DNA of 35,832 nt from Candidatus Bathyarchaeota archaeon (GTDB lineage: Archaea; Thermoproteota; Bathyarchaeia; Bathyarchaeales; Bathyarchaeaceae). Of this stretch, positions 1 to 10,012 are shown piece by piece (within the stretch, counting starts at the first letter, position 1; every line of letters starts with the position of its first letter). The DNA lies in assembly GCA_029879825.1 (NCBI GenBank), contig JAOUPL010000002.1:1-35832 (forward strand). Reading direction: 5' to 3'. The notes under the pieces are model-generated. The model was not told the DNA's origin. It worked only from the letters and a program-made list of their open reading frames with translations, and ran no database searches. The position numbers and the translations under genes were made by a program.

Positions 1-267
1 TCGAAGAGAAAAGGAGAACCAACAGGTGCTAAGGTTGATAACCGTTTACTCGCTGAGGCTCTAAAGAAAGCGGGATTAAGAAGCCTTCTGCCCTCAAGGA
101 TTGACCGCCACAAACAGGCGGATGCCGTTGAAGCTTTAATCGTATATGCCTGGGTACGAGGTTTGATGACGATGCAAGAGGGAGTTAGCATTCTGGAACA
201 AGGCGAAGACACGGTCGAAGCCTTCTGCTCCTTCCTCCTCACAGCAAAGAGAAAGCTTGACTTATGA
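1..267 (+). CDS. Partial (3' end) archaeal RNase III-like domain protein
   Basis: Not in ORF track. Frame 1 is open from the window edge: SKRKGEPTGAKVDNRLLAEALKKAGLR...HKQADAVEALIVYAW...KLDL*, TGA at 265-267. ADAVEAL resembles the RNase III signature. Confidence 0.65.
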   Translation, partial: SKRKGEPTGAKVDNRLLAEALKKAGLRSLLPSRIDRHKQADAVEALIVYAWVRGLMTMQEGVSILEQGEDTVEAFCSFLLTAKRKLDL

Positions 268-298
268 AACGGGCATAGATGAAACAGCTAGATTCGAT

Positions 299-592
299 CT
301 ATTTCCGTTGCCAATCTTTAAGCGCTTTCTTAAAGGACTTTCTGAACTCCTTGTTTCGGCTCAGAATTTTTTCCGTTGCTTCTTTTAAAGCGGCTTCCGG
401 CCTTCGCTTTCCCTTTGTGTGAACATACACTATTGTGCTGTCGAAGAGCGGATGCGGCACATTGTACCCAGCCATCTCGATGGTGTCGTCCTCCAGAAGC
501 GCTTTTTGTAGCACGTTGCAAAGGGTGTGACCTTCTCCTTCGACTTCGATTTTCAATTCGTTGGATGTTCTTTTCAGAACCTTAACTTTCAT
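299..592 (-). CDS. rpoL: DNA-directed RNA polymerase subunit L (Rpo11)
   Basis: GEGHTLCNVL and AGYNVPHPL motifs, 97 aa, downstream of csl4 as is usual in archaea. Confidence 0.95.
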   Translation of the reverse strand: MKVKVLKRTSNELKIEVEGEGHTLCNVLQKALLEDDTIEMAGYNVPHPLFDSTIVYVHTKGKRRPEAALKEATEKILSRNKEFRKSFKKALKDWQRK

Positions 593-604
593 TTCTGCCC
601 CCTC

Positions 605-1177
605 TTACGCTGCTTCTCCGTAGTCTGGTGGTACTTTCCGCCTTTCAATGTTTCCACATCTGGAGCATTGCATCTCTTGTTTTCCCAATCGTAATACGTG
701 CCCACATCTTGAGCAGAGGGCGTAGATAACTCCCAAATTTTTCTCCGCTGTCGACAAATAGAATGTTCTGTTTTTGTCGCTGATGACCTTTGCTTTCATT
801 ATGTCACCTGTTTTGCACACACTAAACATGGTATCGACGTAGCTTGGACTCACGTCAGAGATGTGTAAAACGCCTGTGAAAAAGCCGGATAGTGGTCTTT
901 TTCCTACCTGTGATATGCGTAAAACGGCTTTTTTGTTTTTCACGTCTAACACTTGTCCGGAGACTATGCTCCCTGTCTGCGGGACGTTTGCTGTTTGAAC
1001 AAGAGGGTACACTGAAACCTTTTTGTTCAGCATATCTAGAAGCGTACGTCCAGTGATTTTAGAATGTATGGTTCCATGTTCTACGTAGGTTCCGGGTCCC
1101 GGCGTAAACTCTTCGATAACGCCTAAACGGTCTCCGGGCACAACGAAAAGTCCACTTTTTCTTTCAGACCTACTCAT
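605..1177 (-). CDS. csl4: Exosome complex RNA-binding protein Csl4
   Basis: VVPGDRLG N-terminus, S1-like core, C-terminal CSRCG...CSRCG zinc ribbon and ERRK. Confidence 0.93.
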   Translation of the reverse strand: MSRSERKSGLFVVPGDRLGVIEEFTPGPGTYVEHGTIHSKITGRTLLDMLNKKVSVYPLVQTANVPQTGSIVSGQVLDVKNKKAVLRISQVGKRPLSGFFTGVLHISDVSPSYVDTMFSVCKTGDIMKAKVISDKNRTFYLSTAEKNLGVIYALCSRCGHVLRLGKQEMQCSRCGNIERRKVPPDYGEAA

Positions 1178-1809
1178 AGGCTCTTCCCTTCTATTCGATA
1201 CAGGTCAACTTGGACACTACGCTTCTTTTTCGTGTGAAATTCAAACATCCTCGGAATATCCATTTTCATAGGAAATATACCCGTAACTTTTCCTCCATGC
1301 CTCTCAATAAACCTTTTGATAAATTCTCGGTTGCGCTCTCCACCCTTGTGAAGCGAGTATATCCTACGCCCCAACTCTAAAGATTTCTCTATGAATTTCC
1401 GATCCGCACTTCTTCTCTGCACACCAAATGGAGGATTCTGCAGAACCGTGTCAAAGGTTCCTTGTATAACGTCGATGTCTGCCACGAACCAATGAGTATT
1501 TTGCTTCATATTCCTTTTTTCCGCATTTTTTCGCGCCAAATTCACAGCTACTTTGTCCACATCAACCCCAAAGATTTCTCTCGCTCCGAGAAGAGCAGCA
1601 CCTATCGCAAGTCTCCCTGTGCCGCAACCCAAATCCACGACTGTCTTACCGATGATGTCATTGTAAACGTATGTTGCTACAAAGAGCACTTCCGAAGCGA
1701 CTCGCGAAGAAATTGTGTATTGTTCGAGGGAAGCCTTAGGCATCGGATGGGTTTCGATCTCTGAGATTGCCTTTTCTAGGTCTAGTTTTCGAACCAGCCT
1801 TTTCTGCAT
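1174..1809 (-). CDS. METTL5-like N6-adenine RNA methyltransferase
   Basis: LEQY, SAM-binding DLGCGTG and catalytic NPPFG motifs. Start uncertain because it overlaps the dph2 3' end. Confidence 0.88.
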   Translation of the reverse strand: MQKRLVRKLDLEKAISEIETHPMPKASLEQYTISSRVASEVLFVATYVYNDIIGKTVVDLGCGTGRLAIGAALLGAREIFGVDVDKVAVNLARKNAEKRNMKQNTHWFVADIDVIQGTFDTVLQNPPFGVQRRSADRKFIEKSLELGRRIYSLHKGGERNREFIKRFIERHGGKVTGIFPMKMDIPRMFEFHTKKKRSVQVDLYRIEGKSL

Positions 1810-2789
1810 AGTTCTTCCCAGTCCATCTCTTCCAGCATCACAAGTGCTTCGCTTAGGGATAGAATTGGCTTAAGAAAATTCGGCGTATCGTCTAGGGAAA
1901 GTCGAGGGCAAGCAGTGTTCACAAACGCATCTATGTTTGGGAACTGCATGAACGCGTTAGATGTGATTTCTCTGAGCGCAAGCAAGGTAGCCTTTCTGCC
2001 ACTTTTCTGGAGCTTCTCTTTGATTTTCACGGCTTCCTTGAGCCTCTTCTGTCCACTTTTCAAGCCTATTAATACTCCAAAGTTCTCGGCCCCTTTTGCT
2101 TCAGAGATACTCGCCCATCGCTGTTTGAGTATCCTCGGAACTTCATCGTGAATAGGATACGCTCTTTTTTCGTAGGGATCAGCAATTATCGTCGGCTTTG
2201 CCGTGGCTAACGCCACGCCTATGGCGTGGAATCTGCCTCCTCCAATGAAAAGAAAAGCTTCAACCTCTTCTGAAATTGATTGGGCGTTGCTAAAATTACA
2301 GCCTATCACCTGTCCAGGATATTTAACTAGGCCAGCATCTCCTATTGCAACGGTTTTTCCAGCTTTGAGAAGTAAAATTTTTGCTTCATCGAGTTTGTGG
2401 ACGTGTTGAACCGTCGCTACTAAACCGATGTTACTCCAAGGCTCAAGGAGGGGTATCGCTTTCTCTACTGCCTCTTTAACGCTGATTTTTGCTCTTGCCT
2501 CCATGTAAATCGTTGGCACTCTTTCCTGTTTGGTTTGTGGACTGTGCCCGTAATGGACTATGAGATCCGCGCCTAGGTTTTCAGCGTCGGACAGAGCTAG
2601 GTCACAGGCGCCGTAACATGGATCGGCGGAAACTATTGCGAGGGCTCCAGCGTCTTCGATGAGGGCTGCGAGACGCGTTCCTTCGGCTTTTAATCCCTCT
2701 GGAAGCTGTACTAAGACGATCTTAGTCTTCCCTTTGCTTACTTCTTTCTTCAGTCTTTTCTCTTCAAGGTCAAAGGATGTTGTTTTCAT
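1782..2789 (-). CDS. dph2: Diphthamide biosynthesis enzyme Dph2 (2-(3-amino-3-carboxypropyl)histidine synthase)
   Basis: QLPEGLK, CYGACD, HYGHS, GQVIGCN and TACPRL motifs, including the three Fe-S cysteines. Confidence 0.95.
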   Translation of the reverse strand: MKTTSFDLEEKRLKKEVSKGKTKIVLVQLPEGLKAEGTRLAALIEDAGALAIVSADPCYGACDLALSDAENLGADLIVHYGHSPQTKQERVPTIYMEARAKISVKEAVEKAIPLLEPWSNIGLVATVQHVHKLDEAKILLLKAGKTVAIGDAGLVKYPGQVIGCNFSNAQSISEEVEAFLFIGGGRFHAIGVALATAKPTIIADPYEKRAYPIHDEVPRILKQRWASISEAKGAENFGVLIGLKSGQKRLKEAVKIKEKLQKSGRKATLLALREITSNAFMQFPNIDAFVNTACPRLSLDDTPNFLKPILSLSEALVMLEEMDWEELCRKGWFEN

Positions 2790-2857
2790 CTACATTTACC
2801 ACTGCACCATGAAAAAGGATGGTCACATAGGTTACTGGCGAAAACTTTCTGACGGAC

Positions 2858-5332
2858 TCATTCCCACATGGGAGTCCATTCCCAGTCCTGTTTAGGTTTC
2901 TGAGTTGCTTGACCCTTGCTGCGTTCGCGCAGTTCAGCTAACTCTACGAGTAGCATTTTCTGTTCGAGGCTTGCAACCAACTTTCTCGTGCTGATCACGG
3001 CATCGGCGTTCACAGAAATGCTGTCGATTCCACAGCGAACTAGGAATTCGGTAAAGTCTGGAAGGTTTGAGGGACCTTCCCCACAGATGGATACGGTGCA
3101 GCCATGTTCATGAGCCACTTTGATTAGGTGGGCGAGTATCCGCTTGATGGCGGGGTCCCTCTCGTCAAAGTATCCCATCAATCCTAGTCGTTCCGAGTCG
3201 CGGTCGATCATGAGGATGCCTTGAGTCATGTCGTTTGAGCCTATTGAGTAGCCGTCGCAGAGTTTCGAGAATTCGTCGGCCATTATGGCGATGGCTGGAG
3301 TTTCAGCCATAAACCATACCTGGAAGTCTCTAGACCTTTCAAGTCCCTCGTCCTTCATTATTTCTAGGCATTTCTTTGCTTCCCATACTGTTCTGATCAT
3401 TGGAAGCATAACCCACACATTTTTGAGTCCCCATTCTTCTCTGCATTTTTTGATGGCCTTGCATTCCAGTCTGAAGGCTTTTTCGTACCATTCGCTTATG
3501 TATCGGCTGGCACCACGCCAACCCAGCATAGGATTCGCCTCCACTATCTCGTATTTTTCCCCGCCCTTCAATTCTCTATATTCGTTTGTTTTGAAGTCGC
3601 TGAGCCTCACGACCACGGGTCGCGGCTGTATGACCCTTGCAACTGTGGCTATTCCCTCAGCCAACTTGTTTACAAACTTGTTGCCTTGTCCAATTTCTAA
3701 GAGATATAATGGGTGCTCTCCTATGTAGCTAGCTAGAATAAACTCGAGGCGCATGAGACCTATCCCATCGAAAGGAAGATCCTTATATTCTTCAATCATT
3801 TCGGGAACGCCTAAATTGAGGTGGATTTTGGTGGCTGTTATTGGAGCGGATGTAATCACTGTTGAAGCAGGCGCGGTCGCTGAGGAAGTTAGCTCCGTAA
3901 CTTCACTCATAATTCCTTCGTAAACAACGCCGCTTTTTGCGTCTATGGTGTATTCTTGACCAGTTACCATCAATTTTGTGGCATTTTCCGTTCCAACGAT
4001 ACAGGGGATGCCAAATTCTCGGCTCACTATAGCTGCGTGACAAGTGACTCCACCCTTGTCAGTGACTATGGCCCCTGACAACCTCATGAAGGGCACGTAG
4101 TCTGGGTTAGTCATGGGGGTTACAAGCACGTCGCCTTTTTTCACAAGTTTCGAAGCATCTTCAGGTGTGAGGACGACTTTTGCTAAGCCTGCTCCTACGG
4201 CTCTTTTGCCAGCCGCTATTCCTCTAACAACAACCTTCCGTTCTACTAGCTGGGCAGGAGCTGGTGGCTTTGGAGCCTCTATTTTTGGTGGCGCCTTTTC
4301 TAAACTCCACACGGTTTCGGGTCTTGACTGAACAATGAAAACATTCTCCGGGAAAGGAAGGCCGCTGTCAACGGCAAATTCAATGTCTTGAGGGTTACCT
4401 CCATAGTGTTCCTCGATGCGTTTGGCAAGTTCAGCGAGCCTAGTTATCTCTTCGTCTGTTAGGCACTGTTGTTCCTGCCTGTCAGCGGACACATCAGCAT
4501 GAATCGTTTTGCCTGTTTTTGGGTCACGAATATACTCCACCGCTTTCTTGGCTATTTTCTTTTCCAAGATTTTCAGTGTCTTCTTGTCCACCACGTAGTT
4601 GTCCGGGGTTACGGAGCCTGAAACGACCGACTCGCCGATTCCCCAGTTGGCTTCGATGACCATCTGGTCTGATTCTCCGGTAACGGGGTTTATGGTAAAC
4701 ATGACGCCGGCAGCCTTTGCGTTGACCATTTTTTGTACGCCAACGCTGATGAGAACTTGTTCATGTTTGAAGCCTTTTTCGGTTCGATAGAAGATGGCCC
4801 TCGGCGTGAACAAGCTTGACCAGCATTTTATGGTTTTTTCAAAAAGTTCCTTGGCTCCAATCACGTTTAGATAAGTTTCTTGCTGTCCGGCGAAGGAGGC
4901 ATCAGGTAGATCTTCAGCCGTTGCGCTTGATCGCACGGCCACGAGTGCTTCAGTTGATTTGGTTCTTTTACTGAGGGTTGTGTATGCTTTCTTGATAGCC
5001 GTTTCTATGTCGCGTGGCATAGGGGTTGCTTCGATGAGTTTCCGAATTTCTTTTGAAGCTTTCTCAAACTGCTGGGGGTTGCTCACGGCGGTAACGGTTT
5101 CCTCGATGGTTTTGTATATTTTTTCGGCGAGACCAGTTTTCGTTATGAATTTGTTATATGTATAGGCGGTGACAGCGAAGCCCGGCGGGACAGGTATTCC
5201 AGCTTGAAGCATTTCACCTAGGTTTGCGTTTTTGCCTCCAACAAGTGGAATGTCTTCTTTTCTCAAATCTTCAAACCATGCGATATGTTTCTTTTTCTTG
5301 GACTGTTTCGTCGTTTTGCTTGAACCCTGCAA
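2858..5332 (-). CDS. ppsA: Phosphoenolpyruvate synthase (pyruvate, water dikinase)
   Basis: VGGKNANLGE, AVRSSATAEDLPDASFAGQQET, phospho-His GGVTCHAAIVSRE, EANPMLGWRG and SIGSND motifs. TTG start after a GAGGTGA SD. Confidence 0.96.
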   Translation of the reverse strand: MQGSSKTTKQSKKKKHIAWFEDLRKEDIPLVGGKNANLGEMLQAGIPVPPGFAVTAYTYNKFITKTGLAEKIYKTIEETVTAVSNPQQFEKASKEIRKLIEATPMPRDIETAIKKAYTTLSKRTKSTEALVAVRSSATAEDLPDASFAGQQETYLNVIGAKELFEKTIKCWSSLFTPRAIFYRTEKGFKHEQVLISVGVQKMVNAKAAGVMFTINPVTGESDQMVIEANWGIGESVVSGSVTPDNYVVDKKTLKILEKKIAKKAVEYIRDPKTGKTIHADVSADRQEQQCLTDEEITRLAELAKRIEEHYGGNPQDIEFAVDSGLPFPENVFIVQSRPETVWSLEKAPPKIEAPKPPAPAQLVERKVVVRGIAAGKRAVGAGLAKVVLTPEDASKLVKKGDVLVTPMTNPDYVPFMRLSGAIVTDKGGVTCHAAIVSREFGIPCIVGTENATKLMVTGQEYTIDAKSGVVYEGIMSEVTELTSSATAPASTVITSAPITATKIHLNLGVPEMIEEYKDLPFDGIGLMRLEFILASYIGEHPLYLLEIGQGNKFVNKLAEGIATVARVIQPRPVVVRLSDFKTNEYRELKGGEKYEIVEANPMLGWRGASRYISEWYEKAFRLECKAIKKCREEWGLKNVWVMLPMIRTVWEAKKCLEIMKDEGLERSRDFQVWFMAETPAIAIMADEFSKLCDGYSIGSNDMTQGILMIDRDSERLGLMGYFDERDPAIKRILAHLIKVAHEHGCTVSICGEGPSNLPDFTEFLVRCGIDSISVNADAVISTRKLVASLEQKMLLVELAELRERSKGQATQKPKQDWEWTPMWE

Positions 5333-5347
5333 CCTGATTCACCTCAG

Positions 5348-5845
5348 TTAGCCTCCAATTTTCTCAATAGTTATTCGGCAGGGTATGGGTAGTTTGGCGC
5401 CTCCCCGCTTTAAGGCCTCCTTTGCGACTTCGAGGCCATCCTCATTCACGTTAACCATTATGACCGCTTGGTCCGATTTCACTCGTGCCGCGGTTCCTAT
5501 GGGTTTCCCGAAGGCCTTTCTCATTCCGTCTTGAAGTCGATCTGCGTGCGCTCCAAAAATCATTTTGTTTTCACGCAACACGACATGGGGATAAGGCAAG
5601 ATTTGTAAAAGGTAACTGCTTCCCAATTTTTCTGAAAGCAGTCTATTTGTTGCTACGCGTGCTGCCTCCAAGGCGTTATGTCGAATTTGGGCTTCCTTCC
5701 GGGCGACCAAAAGAGCTTGATACTCAAAACTACCTGTGGGGTCTCCCATGGTGAATTTTGTTATTTTTGGCGAGGGAGAGCCTCGCATATACTCTTTCCT
5801 TGTGTAGGACTGGCCCTTTGCCTTTCGATAGTTGCGTGCCTTCAT
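5348..5845 (-). CDS. rpl10e: 50S ribosomal protein L10e (uL16)
   Basis: QIRHNALEAAR, PHVVLRENK and ADRLQDGMRKAFGKP motifs. Confidence 0.96.
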   Translation of the reverse strand: MKARNYRKAKGQSYTRKEYMRGSPSPKITKFTMGDPTGSFEYQALLVARKEAQIRHNALEAARVATNRLLSEKLGSSYLLQILPYPHVVLRENKMIFGAHADRLQDGMRKAFGKPIGTAARVKSDQAVIMVNVNEDGLEVAKEALKRGGAKLPIPCRITIEKIGG

Positions 5846-5960
5846 GGTTTATCCCTCAATGGCCTCCAACCATGATATTTAAGCCTTTGTTAATAAACCA
5901 TTCCTTACTGAAAGAATTGATTTGAAATCCGAATCATCAAAACAAAAGTTCTCGTAATTT

Positions 5961-6476
5961 CTATGGGTTTTCATTTTTGAACCATATTTTGGCTAATTCA
6001 TCAAAGTTTGGAAAAACGTTCTTCAGGATTGGAAGGTACATTTTTTTCTCGTCTTCGGTTACGTACTGGAATTGATATTGTCCCATGTAGGGGGATGGCT
6101 CGCCTTCTCTGGTTACGAACTCGATGTGCATGAAGGGGTCTCCTCTCTTAATCGTTATTGGTTGCCTGTCGTTGTTTAGGTTAACGAGTTCCAAGGCTAG
6201 TCTTCCAATGAAGCCGCTGTGAACCTTTGCAGCGTTGAGAAAGGATAATCCTCTCCTTCCATACTTACTCTTTGCTGTGAGATGAGCCACGTAGTCCGGT
6301 GGCGTGAACACAACTTCATAGGAAATGAGGTTTTTATGTTCAAGATAATGTAACGTGGTTTCTTCTTTCACGGTTAGGATGTAACTCTCGCCGTCTAGGA
6401 GATTGTAGTCGAAGGGATAAATTATCTTATACTTTTCGATAAGTTCCATCAGCTTGTCTTTGCCGAGAATACACAT
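5961..6476 (-). CDS. dCTP deaminase / trimeric dUTPase family protein (divergent)
   Basis: AKSKYGRRGL and VHSGFIGRLALELVN correspond to the family motifs; C-terminal Y.G.YQ.Q. ATG at 6476 chosen because an AGGTGA SD precedes it. Confidence 0.75.
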   Translation of the reverse strand: MCILGKDKLMELIEKYKIIYPFDYNLLDGESYILTVKEETTLHYLEHKNLISYEVVFTPPDYVAHLTAKSKYGRRGLSFLNAAKVHSGFIGRLALELVNLNNDRQPITIKRGDPFMHIEFVTREGEPSPYMGQYQFQYVTEDEKKMYLPILKNVFPNFDELAKIWFKNENP

Positions 6477-6503
6477 ACAATTCTTCACCTTACCTTAGCA
6501 ATA

Positions 6504-7364
6504 CTACGCCTTTACATTTATACTTCTTTTGGATATGCCATACCAAGGCTTTCGAACGATTTCGTTGGTTAGAATTCCGAAGTCTTCAGGCGCTAGTCCT
6601 CGCACCCGGTTATTATAAAAGGGCAAAGAATCCGCCAGTCTTACAGCATTTTCGCTTTTTACTCCCTGCTTATACAGGAAGGGAATGATGGCGTTTCTCA
6701 CCTTCTTGTTACGTTGAGTGAAGAGTGTTCGCACGAGTTCTAGAAAGGTTTCTTCATCTTCTACCTGGAAGGGAGGCTCCCTTGGCCTCAAACGCACGAC
6801 CATGGAATCCACGTCTGGCTGGGGGTAAAACATTTCTTTGGGCGCGTAGTCCAAAAGCTCCGCTTCAGCTCGGTAATAGGTGGTGACGGTTAACCTCCCA
6901 TAATCCTTGGTACCCACGGAAGCAACGAGCCTCTTAGCAAACTCCTTCTGGAAAGTTAAAACTGCGCAGTCAAATTTCCTTTCTAGAAGCCAGAACAGGA
7001 GTGGAGATGAAATCGAGTAGGGAGGGGTAGAAACAAACTTGCTAAATGGAGGAACATAAACCTTCATTATATCTCCCTCTATCAAGTCCACGTTCTGCAG
7101 GTCTTGAAGTTGCTTTCTCAGTATCCTTATCAGTTTAGGATCAACCTCAACCGCAATAACCCTTTTGCATTCACGAGAAAGAAGCTGCGTCAAAAAACCA
7201 AGCCCGGCTCCTACCTCCAAAACAACGTCATCGTCGGTTACAGACGCATACGATACCATTCTCTCCAACAGATCAGCGTTAACCACAAAATTTTGTCCCA
7301 AGCGTTTTTTAGGCAGAAACCTGTAAAGACGAAGGAGGCGCCTCGCCCTTTGAAGAAAACTCAT
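6504..7364 (-). CDS. ksgA: 16S rRNA m6,2A dimethyltransferase (KsgA/RsmA/Dim1)
   Basis: KKRLGQNF, VLEVGAGLG, PPYSISS, FQKEFA.RL, YGRLTV and F.QRNKK motifs. Confidence 0.95.
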   Translation of the reverse strand: MSFLQRARRLLRLYRFLPKKRLGQNFVVNADLLERMVSYASVTDDDVVLEVGAGLGFLTQLLSRECKRVIAVEVDPKLIRILRKQLQDLQNVDLIEGDIMKVYVPPFSKFVSTPPYSISSPLLFWLLERKFDCAVLTFQKEFAKRLVASVGTKDYGRLTVTTYYRAEAELLDYAPKEMFYPQPDVDSMVVRLRPREPPFQVEDEETFLELVRTLFTQRNKKVRNAIIPFLYKQGVKSENAVRLADSLPFYNNRVRGLAPEDFGILTNEIVRKPWYGISKRSINVKA

Positions 7365-7374
7365 ATGTCTACCA

Positions 7375-7938
7375 CTAGGGTGCTCTTGTAAACAGTCTAT
7401 ATTTGCTTTCGCCAGCTAACTCCTCCAGAACCCTTTTCGCGACGAGTTTGGCGGGGTTAGGCATGTTAGCGCGTTGCTGCAAATCGTCGAAGCTTTGGAA
7501 AGGCCTTTTCTCTCTTTCATCAAGAATCTGCCACATGTATTTTTTTCCAATTCCCGGAATCAATTCCAACGCATGCATTCTAGGCGTTATCGCCTGGGCT
7601 GTGTTAAAGAAAATCACAAACCAGTTCTCTCGATTAAACACCATTTTCTCCACCACCGCGGGGAGTTCCATCTTGGCGTTGCTTGTTAATTCATCATAGC
7701 TTATCCGACCAATGATATAGGCTATTTTTTCACGGGCATCTTTACCAACGTAAACTCTGTCATAAGTTTTGAGGACGAGACCTTCCTTCGCGATTGCTTC
7801 GAGAAGGGTGAAATATTCTTCTCCCACAACTTGAACAAGTGCGCCTGCTCGGTATCCTGGCCGGGATCCAGGCCTTCCATGGGGAAAATAATCGAGAACG
7901 TAAGCGTATTCTTCGTATCTTTTCTCGCTTTTTTCCAT
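7375..7938 (-). CDS. DUF655 family putative RNA-binding protein
   Basis: EEYAYVLDY, FTLLE and RMHALELIPGIGKK (HhH) motifs; conserved position between rpoF and ksgA. Confidence 0.9.
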   Translation of the reverse strand: MEKSEKRYEEYAYVLDYFPHGRPGSRPGYRAGALVQVVGEEYFTLLEAIAKEGLVLKTYDRVYVGKDAREKIAYIIGRISYDELTSNAKMELPAVVEKMVFNRENWFVIFFNTAQAITPRMHALELIPGIGKKYMWQILDEREKRPFQSFDDLQQRANMPNPAKLVAKRVLEELAGESKYRLFTRAP

Positions 7939-7982
7939 TCTTTCCCCATCCGAGCTGTAATAAATATGTTTAGAAGAAGACC

Positions 7983-8321
7983 TTATTCCCTCTTTCTATA
8001 CTCATCTAAGAAAGCCAGCATTCTTTTCAGCTTGGAAGTTTCCATTATCCTGCGTCCACTGGCTAAAAAAACTCTAATTTCTTGGATGCTTTCCGGCATG
8101 CAGTTTGTGATTTGAACAGCCTCTTCTTCTTCCAATTCAAACTGCTCCACGAGTTTGTTCACGAGGGTTTCTGCCATGCTAGGGTCGACTTTGGAGAATT
8201 TTGCCGCGTAATCCAGTGACCTTCTCTGGAATTGATCTAATCGTTCTTCGCCTACGGCTTCTAGGGTTTCTTTTACCTGCGGAATCGTGATGGGCCGTTC
8301 CTTTAAGGCCTTTCTTGACAC
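7983..8321 (-). CDS. rpoF: DNA-directed RNA polymerase subunit F (Rpo4)
   Basis: LDYAAKFSK and AVQITNCMPES.QEIR motifs; follows rpl21e. Confidence 0.9.
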   Translation of the reverse strand: MSRKALKERPITIPQVKETLEAVGEERLDQFQRRSLDYAAKFSKVDPSMAETLVNKLVEQFELEEEEAVQITNCMPESIQEIRVFLASGRRIMETSKLKRMLAFLDEYRKRE

Positions 8322-8323
8322 TT

Positions 8324-8623
8324 TTATCCCTCTGCATGGGGTATTATATGCTCTGGGCGAACAATTATCTCTTTAACTGCGTTCCCTTGCGTTACATTCA
8401 CGATATAACTTCTGCCTTTCTTATTAACTATAACGCCGATTTTTCCATGATACCTCCGATGAGGCATGCCTTTATGAACGCTGGGATCGACCTTAACCAC
8501 AACTTTCTCTCCGGGTTTATACTCATAAAGTATTTTGCTGAGCCCGACTTTTCCCCGTTCTCGAGGTTTTTTCTTTAAGAGGGAACGGGTTTTTCTGCGA
8601 TATCCTTTCGCCTTCCTTCCCAT
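8324..8623 (-). CDS. rpl21e: 50S ribosomal protein L21e
   Basis: GYRRKTR, DPSVHKGMPHRRYHGKIG and VRPEHI motifs. Confidence 0.97.
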   Translation of the reverse strand: MGRKAKGYRRKTRSLLKKKPRERGKVGLSKILYEYKPGEKVVVKVDPSVHKGMPHRRYHGKIGVIVNKKGRSYIVNVTQGNAVKEIIVRPEHIIPHAEG

Positions 8624-8625
8624 TT

Positions 8626-9954
8626 TCAGGATTCCCTCATAACGACGTTTAAAACGTCTAACTCGAGAGGTTTAGCTTCAGCGTTGACGATCTTGGCTAC
8701 GCAGGGATCTGTTCGGCCTTCATCTCCGGTTATTAACTCTTTGATATAAAGTCCTCCTTGACAACGTATCCTCATTTCTGCGCTGTTCGGCGTCAACCTC
8801 TTTATTTTCGCCTCATATATGTACTTTTCCCGAACTAGATCTGCCCTTCTATGTAGAACACGTAAGGGTGTTTGCTGACGAACAACAGTGTTTGTGAAGG
8901 TTTTCTCTACAGTCTCCAACTCTTCATCCGAAACGTTTCTGTCAAACTCAACGGTCGCCTTGTAAACCTTCTCGGATGCCTCTGCCTTCTTCAATTTTCT
9001 AACATCGTCTTTGCCAGCGAAACGAAGATTCAAAACCTCGACTTTACCCTGCGCTTGTTTATCGATGGTGTGCGCGAGATCCTGTAAATCTATGAATCGT
9101 CTCTTGGGTTTTTTAATTTCCACAATGAAGGGTCTCCCCGGTCCCAGCATGCGAGCATCTACGTCTTCTCGTCCAGCCGCGTGGAATGCAATATCCTCTC
9201 CCCCAGTTTTTTCTAACGTGGGTCCTGCAACGATTTCTTCAACGGACTCTGGATACATCTTTCCAGTCCAGTTGCATCTTGGGCATCCATTTCCCCTACA
9301 TTTTCTGCAAACCCATTTTGACTGGGGTATCCCGCGAAGCAGTTTCCTGTATCTTCCTTCAACGTAGAGTGGGTTCGCTTGAAGTGTAACTTGTCCAGTG
9401 AAGGGGTTGAGGAGAACCACGACATCCGGTTTGTTGTATTCAGCCGCCTTCTTTGTGATTTCGGAGATTTCTTTTCCGATATCCCGGCTGAACTCGTTCC
9501 GCATGCTTTCTCCGTGTCTCACCTCAAACTCAGCCTTAAACTCGTCTTCCCTTTCCTCCGTGTCGGTTGGCAATTCTACGCCAACGAGGAACGTGGTATA
9601 TTCGTAAGGCTTCAGTTTTTCCAACGCGGTGTCTACTACCTCTTCTAGGTGTTTGAATCGTCCCTGACAGAGGTAACATTCCCACTTTTTCCCCATCCTC
9701 TTCCTCATTTTCCTCAATATCTCAGCGGCCATGTCGAAGGACCCATTTGTTGCTATGGTTTTGAGGAGTGAGAACCCAGCTTTCTTTCCGGATAACGCTA
9801 GCTGATGACCTCTCATGGTTAGGAGAAGTTTAAGGGCTTCGCCTCGCTTCTGATTGTCCAGTCCGTAGCCTAGAAGGGCAAATTGCCTCCCCAAGCAGTG
9901 ATTGCAAAGGGGGTATTTTTCAAGCATTTTTTGCGCCTTTTTAAGCATCTCCAT
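8626..9954 (-). CDS. pus10: tRNA pseudouridine(54/55) synthase Pus10
   Basis: N-terminal CNHC/CYLC, GRYRKL.RGIPQ, catalytic GREDVDARMLG and GGLYIKELI.GD.GRT motifs. Confidence 0.95.
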   Translation of the reverse strand: MEMLKKAQKMLEKYPLCNHCLGRQFALLGYGLDNQKRGEALKLLLTMRGHQLALSGKKAGFSLLKTIATNGSFDMAAEILRKMRKRMGKKWECYLCQGRFKHLEEVVDTALEKLKPYEYTTFLVGVELPTDTEEREDEFKAEFEVRHGESMRNEFSRDIGKEISEITKKAAEYNKPDVVVLLNPFTGQVTLQANPLYVEGRYRKLLRGIPQSKWVCRKCRGNGCPRCNWTGKMYPESVEEIVAGPTLEKTGGEDIAFHAAGREDVDARMLGPGRPFIVEIKKPKRRFIDLQDLAHTIDKQAQGKVEVLNLRFAGKDDVRKLKKAEASEKVYKATVEFDRNVSDEELETVEKTFTNTVVRQQTPLRVLHRRADLVREKYIYEAKIKRLTPNSAEMRIRCQGGLYIKELITGDEGRTDPCVAKIVNAEAKPLELDVLNVVMRES

Positions 9955-10012
9955 AGAAGATTTCCTCTTTCCTCACCGTGTATTCTGTGGCGTTGAGGTT
10001 TCGATTCTTTAC

